Source: Eledone cirrhosa (Eukaryota). Taken from it: a stretch of DNA of 64,000 bases. How positions within the stretch are numbered: position 1 is the stretch's first letter; each line of letters opens with the position of its first letter. Below are positions 26,684-38,717 of the stretch, one piece after another. The translations under genes were made by a program, and so were the position numbers. Under the pieces are notes generated by a model. That model saw only the letters and a program-made list of their open reading frames with translations, had not been told where the DNA came from and searched no databases. Location of the stretch: positions 42,160,001-42,224,000 of the forward strand of contig OZ024749.1 of NCBI GenBank assembly GCA_964016885.1, written 5' to 3'.

Positions 26684-26830
26684 AGTGAGAATTGATCCCA
26701 GGTAGAGGTGGTGAGAATTGATCCCAGGTAGAGGTGGTGAGAGCTGATCCCAGGTAGAGGTGGTGAGAGCTGATCCCAGGTAGAGGTGGTGAGAGCTGAT
26801 CCCAGGTAGAGGTGGTGAGAGCTGATCCCA
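26684..26830. repeat. 26-bp tandem repeat x5
   Basis: GATCCCAGGTAGAGGTGGTGAGAGCT. Confidence 0.9.
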
Positions 26831-28321
26831 AAACACTGAACCTCACGAAACAACACAAGTGATAAGGTGTTGTAGAGGACTCAACCAACCCATGCCAGCA
26901 TGGAAAAGTTACTGTAATGATTATGATGATGTAGATTATCTTGGTAAATATGATGGTGAAAGATAACATCTGTTTTTTTGTTATAAGCCATATATGATAA
27001 CATCTGTTCTTTTATAACAGCCGTATATGATAACATCTGTTCTTTTAAAACAAACATATGACATCTGTTATTTACTATCTTCTTGTGCTGAGGGGACAAC
27101 ACCAGTCTCTCTCTCTAATATAGATCAAGGGCTTACTTAATACATTAAATTCTCCACATTTCACAGTAAATTTATTTATCAAGCTTTTCTAGGAACTGAA
27201 GTGTATACCCAGAAGTAAGTTGTATTTCTTTTAAATTTACAAGAAAACCAGGGCTAAACCTTGCTTGAGGTTTAAACTATTAAACAATGAAGCTAAAAGA
27301 GAGGAGGGGATGAAATTTACATCTAGACTATTGTACTAGGCTTGAAATATAACATATATACTCTTTCTTCTTCTCTCAGAGTCTGATGTCTGTTAAATGA
27401 TCAGAGTTTAGTGTTTGTTAAGGGGTTCAGGAGAGGGGGGGGGTCTAGTGTTTGTTAAGGGGTAGGTCAGGGTCTTATTTTTTAGGGGTGTGGGGGAATC
27501 CGGATCTGGTGTTTGTTAAGGGGGATGTCAGTGTCTGGTGTTTGTTAGGGAAAGTGTCCTGGTGACAGTTTGTTCAGGGGGAAGGGTCTGTTGTGTTTAA
27601 GGGGTAGGAGGTCATGGTCAAGGTCTGGTGTTTAAAGGGAAGGGAAGTCAGAGTCTGTAGTTTGTTAAGGGTGTGTGTGTGAATGAATGTATATATAGAT
27701 GCCCTCCCTAACAGCAGCACCAAACTGAAACAGGATGTAATGTGATGATGGTGGTGATGGCAGTATTTCGTTGTAGTGATGTGGGGGGGGGGTGATGTCA
27801 GTGGCGGTGAAAGTGGTGGGAGTTACATGAACCAAGAGGCGGAAGGGTTGTCTGTGCTATACCACCAGTACTAGATGACTCACAGTCCCACCAGCACCAC
27901 CTATCACCCACATACTAACTGGAGTAACAGCTGCTCCACCACTCACCCACCACCTACATACCAACTAACTAACTGGAGTAACAACTGCTCCTCTCCACCC
28001 CACGCACGTTCCTAGCCACACCCAGGTGCTAAAAAATAGAGGAAACGCTCCAATGTATGAATTGATTAAAACACACAAATTAGTCAGCCACAACAACAGC
28101 AACAACAGCAACAATAGTAACAACAGTATTAACAACAGCAACAATGACAGTAGCAATAACATCACCAATAACAACGCTAGTATTTATTTATTCAAACTAA
28201 AACATAGTTTCAATAGTAACAGTGAAAACCTAAAACTGTTGATCTTTAACTTACATCAATAATATATAGGTCACAGTATATATATATATTTATATATATT
28301 TATATATTTATATATATATAT

Positions 28322-28517
28322 GGGTCTCGGCTTCAATCGGGGGGGGGGGGACCACAATAAGTAAGGTACCCAATACATGAGTAGAATGTAAACAACAAAT
28401 TAAATATAGAAATGGCTTCTGCAGGACTAAAACTGTTTCATTCGAAGGAAATCACCAGGACTTTCCTGATAACTTTCTTTGAATGAAACAGTTCTAGTTC
28501 TGTAGAAGCCATTTCTA
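28322..28517 (-). mobile_element. Fold-back element in (TA)n (family D); related copies at 29735-29822 (+) and 56828-56935 (-)
   Basis: Imperfect ~54-bp arms (28407-28460 / 28464-28517); degenerate CTGRTGA...GAAACAGT core; shared 3' end TGTATTGRGTACCTT...TGTGGT...GATTGAA. Confidence 0.6.
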
Positions 28518-29291
28518 AATATATATATATATACACACACACACACACCAGGAGAGATAACTAGCCGAAGATCCATCTTTTAGATACACCTTATCCCTGC
28601 GTAGCGTAACAGGAAGACTAAAAGGGTTGACGGTAGGAAGGGCATTCGGCTGTAAAACATGATCTCAAAATATCCCGTCTAGCCCATGCCAGCATGGAAA
28701 AGTGGACGTAAGAACAATGACAGTCTGTGTATGTGTTTATTTACTTCCCGTACCATATGTATTACTACACCTAGGGCTCTTCCTTTGATGGTTTCAGTAA
28801 CAACAATGACACCAGCATTGGTAGCTAGTCCGGTATCTTCACGTGCGTTTGTGTATAAATATATATATATGCATACATACATACACATCTATATATATAT
28901 ACATACATACATACATACATACATACATACATACATACATACATACATACATACAGAGAGAGAGGGGGGGGGGGTTACAATGTTGAATATCTAAATAAAT
29001 AGACAGAGAGGGACTTGTAAATATATAAACATGTACATAGACAGCAAAACACACAAAATACACAGCAGACACACAGACAATAATAACGATTGTTTCTACT
29101 TTTGGCACAAGGCCAACAATTACGCCAGTGCATTGCTGGTACTTTATTTTATCGACCCCGTAATACACAGAACACTGTAGAACATGTAAACATTGTAAAT
29201 ATTTCACCAAAACCTACTTAACACACACACATTATATATATATACCAGTAATGTACTGGATATTTGCTGGCCTTGTGCCAATAGTAGAAAC

Positions 29292-29347
<56 letters not shown>

Positions 29348-29885
29348 AGATATATATATATATATATGTGTGTGTGTGAATAAATGAATTCCGTCGGAAA
29401 AGTCCAGGAAAAATTCTGATGATTGAAAGCAAAATTTTATTACATAACTATATACACACACACACACACACACTGATATAATATTAGTCATCACTGTTTA
29501 CAATTTAGTTGTCATCTTGTAAGAAATGATAGGTAGATTGTTGTGTGGTGGGTGGAGGTGGTGAAGGAGGAGTGAGGTTATTACAGGTGAAAAAGGAAGA
29601 GACGAATAGAACAAAGAGGAAAGAATGATCAGAGAGAAAGAAAGAGAACAAAGACAAGGTGACATAAGAGAACTACGAAAAGTAGACATACATATACTAT
29701 ATATATATGTGTGTGTGTGTGTGTATGTGTTTAATATAGAAATGGCTTCTACAGGACGAACTATATTAAACTATGTATTGAGTACCTTCCTTACTGTGGT
29801 TACCCTCGATTGAACCCGGTATACACACATTTTATATATATATGATATATTAACAAATGGAAAACTATATTTATAAAACCATATT

Positions 29886-29950
29886 TATTTCATTATACAT
29901 ATTTCAAGGACACCAAGTTAAATTATGGTGTGCTTTCATCAGATAAAATA
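29886..29950 (-). ncRNA. Minimal type I hammerhead ribozyme motif (family A variant), minus-strand copy
   Basis: Inverted copy of 30493-30557. Confidence 0.75.
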
Positions 29951-30147
29951 CAATATAGATCAGTTTTATAAATAAATATTGACATACCCTTAAAGAATGC
30001 AACCATTGCTGTTGGAAGCTCCCGGATAGTGGGGTTGTAGCTTTAATTATATTATTAGTATTGGATATTTTTATTTTTAAAATAAGCCGTTGGGTTACGG
30101 AGAGAGAGAAAGATAGAAAAGGAGAGAGAGAGAAAGACCAGAACAAC

Positions 30148-30231
<84 letters not shown>

Positions 30232-30492
30232 GAGACAGAGAAAAGGGGAGAGAACGAAAAACTCTAAGTCATATCTTGTTGAGTTAACTTAACAATTGAG
30301 ATGAAATGAATAAATAAAATTAGAAATGTTAATAATCATGAATGGAATATACATATATAATATGAGAAATTTAACCATTCAATACTAATAATATAATTAA
30401 AGCTACAACTCCACTATCCAAGAGCTTCCAACAGCAGTGGTTGCATTCTTTAAGGGTATGTCAATATTTATTTATAAAACTGATCTATATTA

Positions 30493-30557
30493 TATTTTAT
30501 CTGATGAAAGCACACCATAATTTAACTTGGTGTCCTTGAAATATGTATAATGAAATA
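30493..30557 (+). ncRNA. Minimal type I hammerhead ribozyme motif (family A variant), plus-strand copy
   Basis: TATTTTAT-CTGATGA(30501-07)-AAGCACACCA..TGGTGTCCTT-GAAA(30538-41)-TATGTA-TA-ATGAAATA. Stem II sequence differs almost entirely from the 1.5-kb copy but pairing is retained. Confidence 0.8.
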
Positions 30558-30712
30558 AATATGGTTTTATAAATATAGTTTTCCATTTGTTAATATCGTA
30601 TTTTTACTCCAAATATTTGTTGAGTGCTTTATATCAGTTATAAAAATATTTGCTTGTTGTATCCCAACAATTTAAATAGAACTTTTACATATATATATAT
30701 ATGTATATATAG

Positions 30713-30962
30713 ACAAAAAAAAAAAACACAGTCCACGGTGTGATGTGGCCGTGTAGGTAACACGGTAAAAAGTTCCCAGTTCCACACTGTAAATGTGGTT
30801 GGTGTTAGGAAGCGCATCCAGCCGTAGAAAACCTGCCAGATAGTCCTATATGAGCGAGACACGGTCACCCGACCAGCCTTGCCTCAAGTGGGACAACTCC
30901 CGTCTAACCCATGCTAGCGTGGAAAATGGACGTTAAACGAAGATGATGATGATGATGATGAT
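30713..30962 (+). mobile_element. Retroposon with RTE-like (ATG)n tail; other copies ~46082-46380 (-), ~42330-42732 (+), ~41643-42112 (-), ~36778-37170 (-), ~28625-28720 (+) and many isolated tails
   Basis: GGTTGGTGTTAGGAAGSGCATCCAGCCGTAGAAACC ... CCCATGCTAGCRTGGAAAATGGACGTTAAACGA(TGA)n. Confidence 0.7.
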
Positions 30963-32429
30963 ATATATATGTGAAAAGAGTCAGGACCCCGACGGCTGAG
31001 CTTCGGCCGTTTCGACAGCTATATATATATATATAGTGTCCCAAAAAATGCATACGCACTTTCATTACCTGGACAGGCAATATTTGTTGGAATGGTGTAT
31101 ACATTTTTTGTGACACTCCCTGTGTGTGTGTGTGTGTGTGTGTGTAGAAAGAGAGAGGGGGTAGAGCAACAAAGTGAGGAGGTGTGTAAAGAATGGAAGA
31201 GAGAGTAATGTCACTGTTGGACGAAAGAAAGAATATGATGCATGCAGAAGGTAAAACAAAGAGAGAGGTTTAGAACAGATGTTTTCAAACAAATGATTTT
31301 TTTAAAAAACTTTTAAACAACAACAGAGGTGAAATGGCAGAGTCTCACCTATATAGAATACAGTGAGCTGAAAAACTTCGATTAACGATACAAACAAAAC
31401 TTTTTAAATGTTTGTATTTATCTAAAGACCTTCAGTTTCATTAGAAATATGTTAACGAAAGGGTTAAAGTGTTTATATTTATATAAAGATTTTCCATGAT
31501 ACAGTTGAGTAAGAAACTTTGTTATGTTTCAACACCAGATAAATAATGAGGATGTTAGCTATCTCTCTCTCTCTGTCTTTCTCTTTCAAAATCCGTGATT
31601 GTCTTCAATTAGAAATATGGTTATCGAAGGAGAGAGAGAGAGGGAGATGTCCTCAAACTAGAGACCTGGTTCAAATGTTTGAAACTAGATGGACTCTACT
31701 AGAAGCAGGCAGTGTTGTTAAACTGAGCAATAGATTAAGTCTACTGCCTAAGTAGGTCACAGCAGGATTTGAACTCAAGAAACAAAATGCTGGAGCAAAT
31801 ATTAGAAGTGTAAATATTAGAGCAAATATTAGAAGTGTCAGATGAGATCATCTGACACTTTAACAATTCCAACAATCCACTGCCACAAACTTGTATCATA
31901 ATTCTTTCCATAGGTTGATAAAATAAAGTAAGGGCAGGATTTGAACTTGGAACACTAAGAACCAAAAAAATACTGCAAGGCATCTCATCCAACACTAAAA
32001 ACTTCACCAATATACCACTATGGACTGGTATTATATATAGTGTATTGACTCTTGAAACAATGAAAGGCAAAGTTGACTTCAGCAGAATTTGAAGCAAGAG
32101 CTAGAAATACATGGAATGACATGGGACCTAAACTAACTATTGAGTTGTAGCAGTGCCATAGTGACATATGGCTTGAGCATTTAAATATGGCAGAACCCAT
32201 TCTTCTCCATGTCTGAACACAACCGATTTCTTCCAGAAAGTGAAGATATATGGAAGAAGAAGAATCAGCCTCGGCAATGGACTAGTACTTTAATTACCAA
32301 CCACAAAAGGATGAAAATTCAGAGCAGAGAGAGTCAGAACAAATACTGCAACACATTTTATCTGATATTCTAACAACTCTGCATATTTGCCGCCTCTCAG
32401 AAATAAATACTATAATATATCAACTGATG

Positions 32430-32756
32430 CAATGATAGACTGCATAACTTGGAGATCAGAGAGTACCTCCAAGTAGAGCTGCTATTTTTCTGAATTGAGA
32501 GATCACAGTTCTGATATTTATGTTTAGAATGGTTCTGACATTTATGGTTAGAATGTCTCAGGAAAGAATCGGGAGGAGAGCCAGGGATATCCCCCGAGAA
32601 AGATGGTTGGATAACATCCATGAGCTTGGCTGGTCTTGCTTGGAGAGCCAGCCAGACCAATTGGAGATGGCTGCTTCTGACGAGACCCACTGGAAGGTGT
32701 ACTTGAGGACTCTGCCTCCATGACCCTCCCAGGTATAATTGGGTGAAGAAGAAGAT
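32430..32756 (+). mobile_element. RTE-like LINE 3' end with (GAA)n tail; homolog at ~48470-48693
   Basis: GRRARDIPRERWLDNIHE..MAASDETHWK resembles RTE C-termini; two diverged copies in the window. Confidence 0.65.
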
Positions 32757-33344
32757 GGTGCAATGTCTTAATTACTCTGCCAAGTGCAATGTAACTGCAT
32801 CAACGTGCACTTGAATGCAGTTAACATTGAAATTAAGAGAAGCATAGAATATGTTAGACAGGAGGAACCTCATGACATGAACAAGATACACTTATATTTT
32901 CGAAAATTGATTTTAACAACTCCAAAATTATTGATAATTGTCGTCACAAGTACTGTGAGAAGAAAAAAAAAAAAAAAAAAAAAATCAAACATCAAATGTC
33001 TTAAGGCCTGAAACTATCAACTAACAAGGAGTTATATATATACATACATACACACACTAGCTGTAACAATTACCAAGTATATATATATATATTTATATTA
33101 CTAGCTGTAACAACTACCAAGGACACACACACACACACAAGCTCTAACAACTACTAAGAAAATATAGATTTTTGTAGCCATTTTTAATTATTATCAAAGA
33201 AACTACAGAAATTATCTTGTCCTCTTTGCCAAGACAGAACTATCAAGCAATTTTTTCTTCGTTTTTCACTTTCTAATGTCATTAGATTCAATCTAAATCA
33301 ATTATTGAAGATATTGGTTAATTAAAATTTAGCTTATTAATATT

Positions 33345-33500
33345 ATTATCATTATTATTGTTATTCCTGGAGTCTCAGTCATTGATGTTATTTAACTAGA
33401 AAGTTTGTTCAAATGAACATCAAGCCACTACCTGCAGCCTCAGATATTCAGGATGTATCAGAGGGTTCTTGCTGTTCCCAGCAAGCTTGCCTTTTGAAGT
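33345..33500 (-). mobile_element. R4/Dong-like LINE extreme 3' end with (TAA)n tail
   Basis: LQKASLLGTARTL*YILNI*, a 3'UTR similar to 43855-43960, ending in AATAACAATAATAATG. Confidence 0.7.
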
Positions 33501-33539
33501 ACCCCCCCCAAGGGGGAGGGGGTTATTATTATTATTAAA

Positions 33540-33952
33540 GGGCAGTGGATTGGGATAGCGTCGCCCAACATACTTTGCGGCATAGAGTTACAACTCTTTA
33601 TGTTCTGAGTTCAAATCTCACCAAGGTTAACTTGGCCTTTCATCCTTATGGTGTCAATAAAATAAAGCACCAGTAATGCCCTGGGTCGATTTAATCGACT
33701 TTTCCCTCCCCACAAAAATTGCTGGCCTTGTACCTATAGTAGAAATCATCATTATTCTTATTAAGGGATTGGCAGTATCGGTAGAGGGTCGGACGCCATG
33801 CTTTAACGCATAGAGTTACGGCCCTTGCCATTCTGAGTTCAAATCCTGCCAAGGTTAACTTTGCCTTTCATCCTTTACGCTGTCGATAAAATAAAGTACC
33901 AGTAATACACTGGGTAATTGCTGGCCTTGTGCCAAAAAAAAGTAAAAACAAA
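33540..33952 (+). mobile_element. Two tandem tRNA-derived SINEs (long, then short subfamily)
   Basis: Copies at ~33540-33748 and ~33765-33952. Confidence 0.85.
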
Positions 33953-34431
33953 TATTGTTATTATAGTGTTGTTGCTGCAGTAACAGTGTTGGGGTTGAGT
34001 GGTGACTATATTACACATTCCAGAGTGTGATGGTGGTGGTGGTGGTGGTGGTGGTAATAATACATGTGGTGTGGTGACGACATTACAGACAATGGAGTGG
34101 TGTAGTATGGTGATGGTGGTGTGGTGTAGTGATGGTTATACATGTGGGGGCTAACAACATGTAGCTGATGGCTACATAACACACTTTGCAATGTTGTATG
34201 GTTGTGGTGTAGTGGTAGCTATAGAATCAGTGGTAGTAGTGTTAGTAGTAGTGGTAGTGATGGTTGTGTCAGATGTAGCTATAGCACCAGTGTTAGTAGT
34301 AGTAGTAGTAGTAGTAGTAGTGTCATTACTCTACAACAGCTGTAACAATGACTGTCACCAATCATTTGACAGGGGAGGAACAATAAAACACAGAAATACA
34401 CATGCATACATATATATACATACACAAATAT

Positions 34432-34491
<60 letters not shown>

Positions 34492-34494
<3 letters not shown>

Positions 34495-34645
34495 ATATAA
34501 GATCAAAAGATGGTTAAAGGAGTTCCATCCTTTAACCATCTTTTGATCTTATATTATGCATACTCCAGTCCCACAAACTGTAGAGTGCTTCTTATCCGAT
34601 ATCTGCATTGCTTTATTGTACTACAATAAAACTCACCTCCTACAT
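34492..34645 (+). mobile_element. 5'-truncated fold-back element in (TA)n with a perfect 30-bp hairpin
   Basis: Arms 34492-34521 / 34528-34557, then ACTC-CAGT..ACTG-TA-GAGTGCTT as in family A 3' ends. Confidence 0.6.
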
Positions 34646-37600
34646 TATATATATATATATATATATATACAAATAAACAGTTGGAATACAACAGGTTCAA
34701 CCTCAACACACCCACCATCCACCCCACAAAAACGGAGGGAAGACCCCCAGGGAGTTTCAAGTATGACATTTCCATATTTTCTCCTCTTCTGAAAATAAAT
34801 CTGTCTTTTTAAAAATATAATAAATTTAATAAAATAACTACTAAAGTTGCTATTTTAAAATTTATTTTCTAAAGTCAAAGATTGTTAAAAGAAAAAGAAA
34901 TAAAATAAAAAGGGGGTATTCTATTGCTTGTGTTCTTCCACTAACAGAATGGATTAGATATTGAATATGTTGTAGAAAGGTCACAGAAACGGCGCCGGGA
35001 TCAGATAGTTTGTTTTTAATATTTAAGTCTGGAAGAAACTAAATCTTTCTATAGAGAGAGAGAGAAAGAAGAGAAAAAGTTAGGGAGGAGAGAGAGAGGA
35101 GAAGATGGGGAAGGGAGAGAGAGAGAGAAACAGAGATTGAAACAGAGAGAGACACATACAAAGAAACAGACAGACCGAGAGAGAGATTCAAAAAGACAAC
35201 AGATCAACCAACAGAGAAAGAGACAGAGAGAGAGACACAGAGACAGAGACGACAGACCAACCAACAGAGAGAGAGATGAGGAGAGAGAGAGAGAGAGAGA
35301 GAGAGGCAGACACTCAGAGACGACAGACCGAGACAGAGAATGAAATAGATATCTATACCACGGGGTGGCAGCTACCATTTAGACATTTCTAAGAAATTGC
35401 TGCAAAAATTTTGATTTGACACCTTCCATTATTAATTTTTTTTAATACCAAACCGCACATAACTTCCCCTGGTTCTATGATACAAAACTGTTTTATAATG
35501 TTATGAAACAAAATCATCCATTTTACAAAGCTTCCTGTTTTACAGTGTTTATATTTATCTAAAAATCTTCCATCATAATTTTATGTAAGAACCTTTGTCA
35601 AACACCAACTTAGCTCTTAACATTCTGTACCACATAGAAGCACACTTGCCAGATATTCTTGAAAAGTACTGTATTCTTCCATGTATTGCGAGCATAAATC
35701 TGTCTCTAGCTCGAATGCTCATCAGGCCGATGCGTATCCCAGTTTCCATACACAACTCCCTCCTGGACAGGACGCCAGTCCATCGCAGGCTTAAACCCCC
35801 AGCTATTTCAGGTACTCATTTTCAGCTGAGTGTGCCTGGAGCAACATGAAATGAAGTGTTTTGCTCAAAAACACACAAACACAACTCAGTCCAGGAACTG
35901 AACCCATGACATTTTGATCGCAAGTCCAACACCCTAACCACTAGGTCACACCGACAATGTGAAATGAAGTGTCTTGCTCAAGGACACAATACACCTCGCT
36001 GCTTAGTCTGGAGAATCAAATGAAACCATGAGCTTACACAATCATAAACTATTAGGCTGTGCAGCTTTACTCAGCCATGGGTTGAGCTGCAGACTATAAG
36101 CCAGTAATCAGATAATTCTAAATTCATGTTCTCTATTGAACATTTATTATTTTGTTTAATGGTTACAGTGACCTCTTTCAACACTTGTCTGTCTTCAAAA
36201 CAATCACCCTTACTGACCTTATATCTCTGAAAGTGACATCACACAGCAATATTCTATGTTGACAGATGACAGCTCATACCTAGGGTTGGCAAGCAAACTG
36301 TTTTAATGGGAGAGGGGGGTGCCACCACCACCTCCCACCCCAACCAATTGGAAATGTTTTTTAAGTTTTGCAAGCCAAGGTGAATAAAAAAAAAAAATGA
36401 ATCAATGACCACACAAAACAATGGAAATAATTTTTGTTTTTGTTTAATTACTTAAAGCCATTTTAACCCTTTTAATACTAACCTGTCTCTTGTTTTAAAG
36501 GATTTTTATTTAACCCTTTAGCATTTAAACCAGCTGTATCTGGCCAGAATTCTCTCACTTCTTTCTGTTCAAACCGGCCATTACTAGCCACTCATACTGA
36601 TGTTAAGGTATTGTTCTCAAAATAAATGACATCAAAATCTCAGATTCAATATTTTGTGAGATAATTATGTGAAGTAAAGCCTTTACTTTGAAAATACAAT
36701 AGTAAATATAGAGTAATGTAAATGCTAAAGGGTTCCATGATAAAACCCCCGCTTATTTTAAAATGTTTATATTTAATCATCATCATCAACATTATTTTAA
36801 ATCTATTTTTTCCATATATGGGTTGTCATGTTAAGAGATAAATCAGGTCAGGTGACCATGTCTTGCTTTTACTGTTTTGTTTTGGGGTTGGTTTCTATGG
36901 CTGGATGTCCTTCCTAATGCTAACTATATCACTGATTGGGTGGTTTTTATTATGGGACCAAAATGACCACCATACAGGGGTGGACTGGGTGCTGTTTTAT
37001 CATGTCACTGGCATGACCAATCTAACAGAGTGGACTGGATGCTTTTTTGCCGTTACCTGCATGACCACCATACTTGGTGGACTGGGTGCATTTTCATTGA
37101 GGTACCAACACAACCACCATACAGGGTTGACTGGGAACCTTTGTTGTGGCACCAACATGACCACTTTACAGGATTTCATACAAATGAAAAGAGTTCTAGT
37201 CCTATAGAAGATATATATATATACTGTAAATGCATACATATATTTATACATGCACAGATTCATATATATGTAATGTATGTATTGTACATGAATCAACATT
37301 GTGGGGGGGGGGGGCAAAGAGTGGGAGTCAGAGAGTGGGAGAGTGACAGAGAAGCAGAAAGAGGGGGAGTAGACAAAGAAACAGATTGACAGGTAAAGAG
37401 AGAGACAGATTGACAGGTAAAGAGAGAGACAGATAGAGAGGTAGAGAGAGAGAGAGAGATAGACAGGTAGAAAGAGAGAGAGAGATAGACAGGTAGAAAG
37501 AGACAGACAGACAGAGACAAGTAGAGAGAAAGACAGACAGGGAGAGAGTGAAGCAGAGCTGGAGATACACCTACCCACACAGGTAGACACCAAGCAGAGG

Positions 37601-37826
37601 GGAGCAGGGGATGTCAGCAATATATACATCTCAGGTGAACAGCTTTGAAGTAACTTTTACTATGTCAAGTACAACAACAACAACAACAACAGTAATAAAC
37701 AACAAGACCAACCTGGTTGGTTTAGTTAGCCTTCAGATGACTCATCGTCTCTAGCACTGTTGTCATTCACGTCTCTTTTCTAACATCAAACAATTCTATT
37801 TCCCTACCTAAACCATTTATTTAAGC

Positions 37827-38123
37827 CAGAGGTACTGAAACTTTTGGGGGCCACCGCCGCGTAATACCCTCAGCCCCATCACCACCACCACCACCCCTAT
37901 TTCCAGAGCGACCTTCCTCCATGCAAATTGTAAATAATATATAATAAATAAAATCGTTAATCTATATATAATAAACAATATAATATAAATAGACTATGTA
38001 TAAATAAATAAATATATATTTTTGATTTTATTATATTTATATATAATATGTATCATTTGATATACTATTATATCATCTCTACCGACCCCTGGAACCTTCT
38101 CAACCTCACTTTGAGAACCTCCG
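37827..38123. mobile_element. hAT-like MITE
   Basis: Degenerate TIRs CAGAGGTACTGAAAC / TTTGAGAACCTCCG; near-perfect 8-bp TSD ATTTAAGC / ACTTAAGC. Confidence 0.65.
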
Positions 38124-38437
38124 ACTTAAGCCTTTGGCAAACGACACCAACCGCCAACGACAACAGACACGGTTTTGTTTGTTTAAAATAAATATTTAAA
38201 CTGAGAAAAAAAAATGAAATGAATAAAAAATCATAAAGAGAAGACACAGAACTGCAAAAATATTACAAAACTATTTTGAAGTGGAGTGAGTGGCCGTGAG
38301 GTTAAGAGGTGTTGCTGAAAATTAAAATGAAATGGAAAATGAAATTTATAGCTCATGTCTACAGGGTTGCATCTCATAGGTTTCTTGAGTGTTTTAATAA
38401 TAGGGAGCCCAGTCCTATCATGTTTTTGTTACAGTTC

Positions 38438-38717
38438 CAGACCTGCCAACCTCTAAAGGCCCCAAATGGGAGTACCATGAAATAAATGCCCCAAAACGGG
38501 GAGAAATGAGGCAAAATGGGGAGATTTTACATAATGAAAGCTGTACCCATTTTCACAAGAGAAGAGATCTCTCACCTCAAAGTGGGTGAAAGATCTCCCC
38601 ATGAGACAGGGAGAGTTGACAGGTCTGCAGCTGAGACCTCTCCCCATCAGACAGGGAGAGTTGACAGGTCTGCAGCTGAGACCTCTCCCCATGAGACAGG
38701 GAGAGTTGACAGGTCTG
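38438..38717. mobile_element. Same MITE family, right end triplicated (45-bp unit x3)
   Basis: TIR CAGACCTGCCAAC / GTTGACAGGTCTG ending at 38627, 38672 and 38717. Confidence 0.75.

Larger units (their letters stand above)
29847..30690. mobile_element. Non-autonomous Penelope-like inverted element in a (TA)n tract
   Basis: 217-bp inverted arms (29847-30063 / 30380-30596, about 5 mismatches), each with a hammerhead; spacer contains (GA)n; TA repeats at both outer ends. Confidence 0.7.

Noticed and set aside
38110-38220. Minus-strand acceptor-like site at 38201 with a CpG pocket
   Set aside because: The nearest donor-like site falls within a hAT MITE end; no support for an exon.
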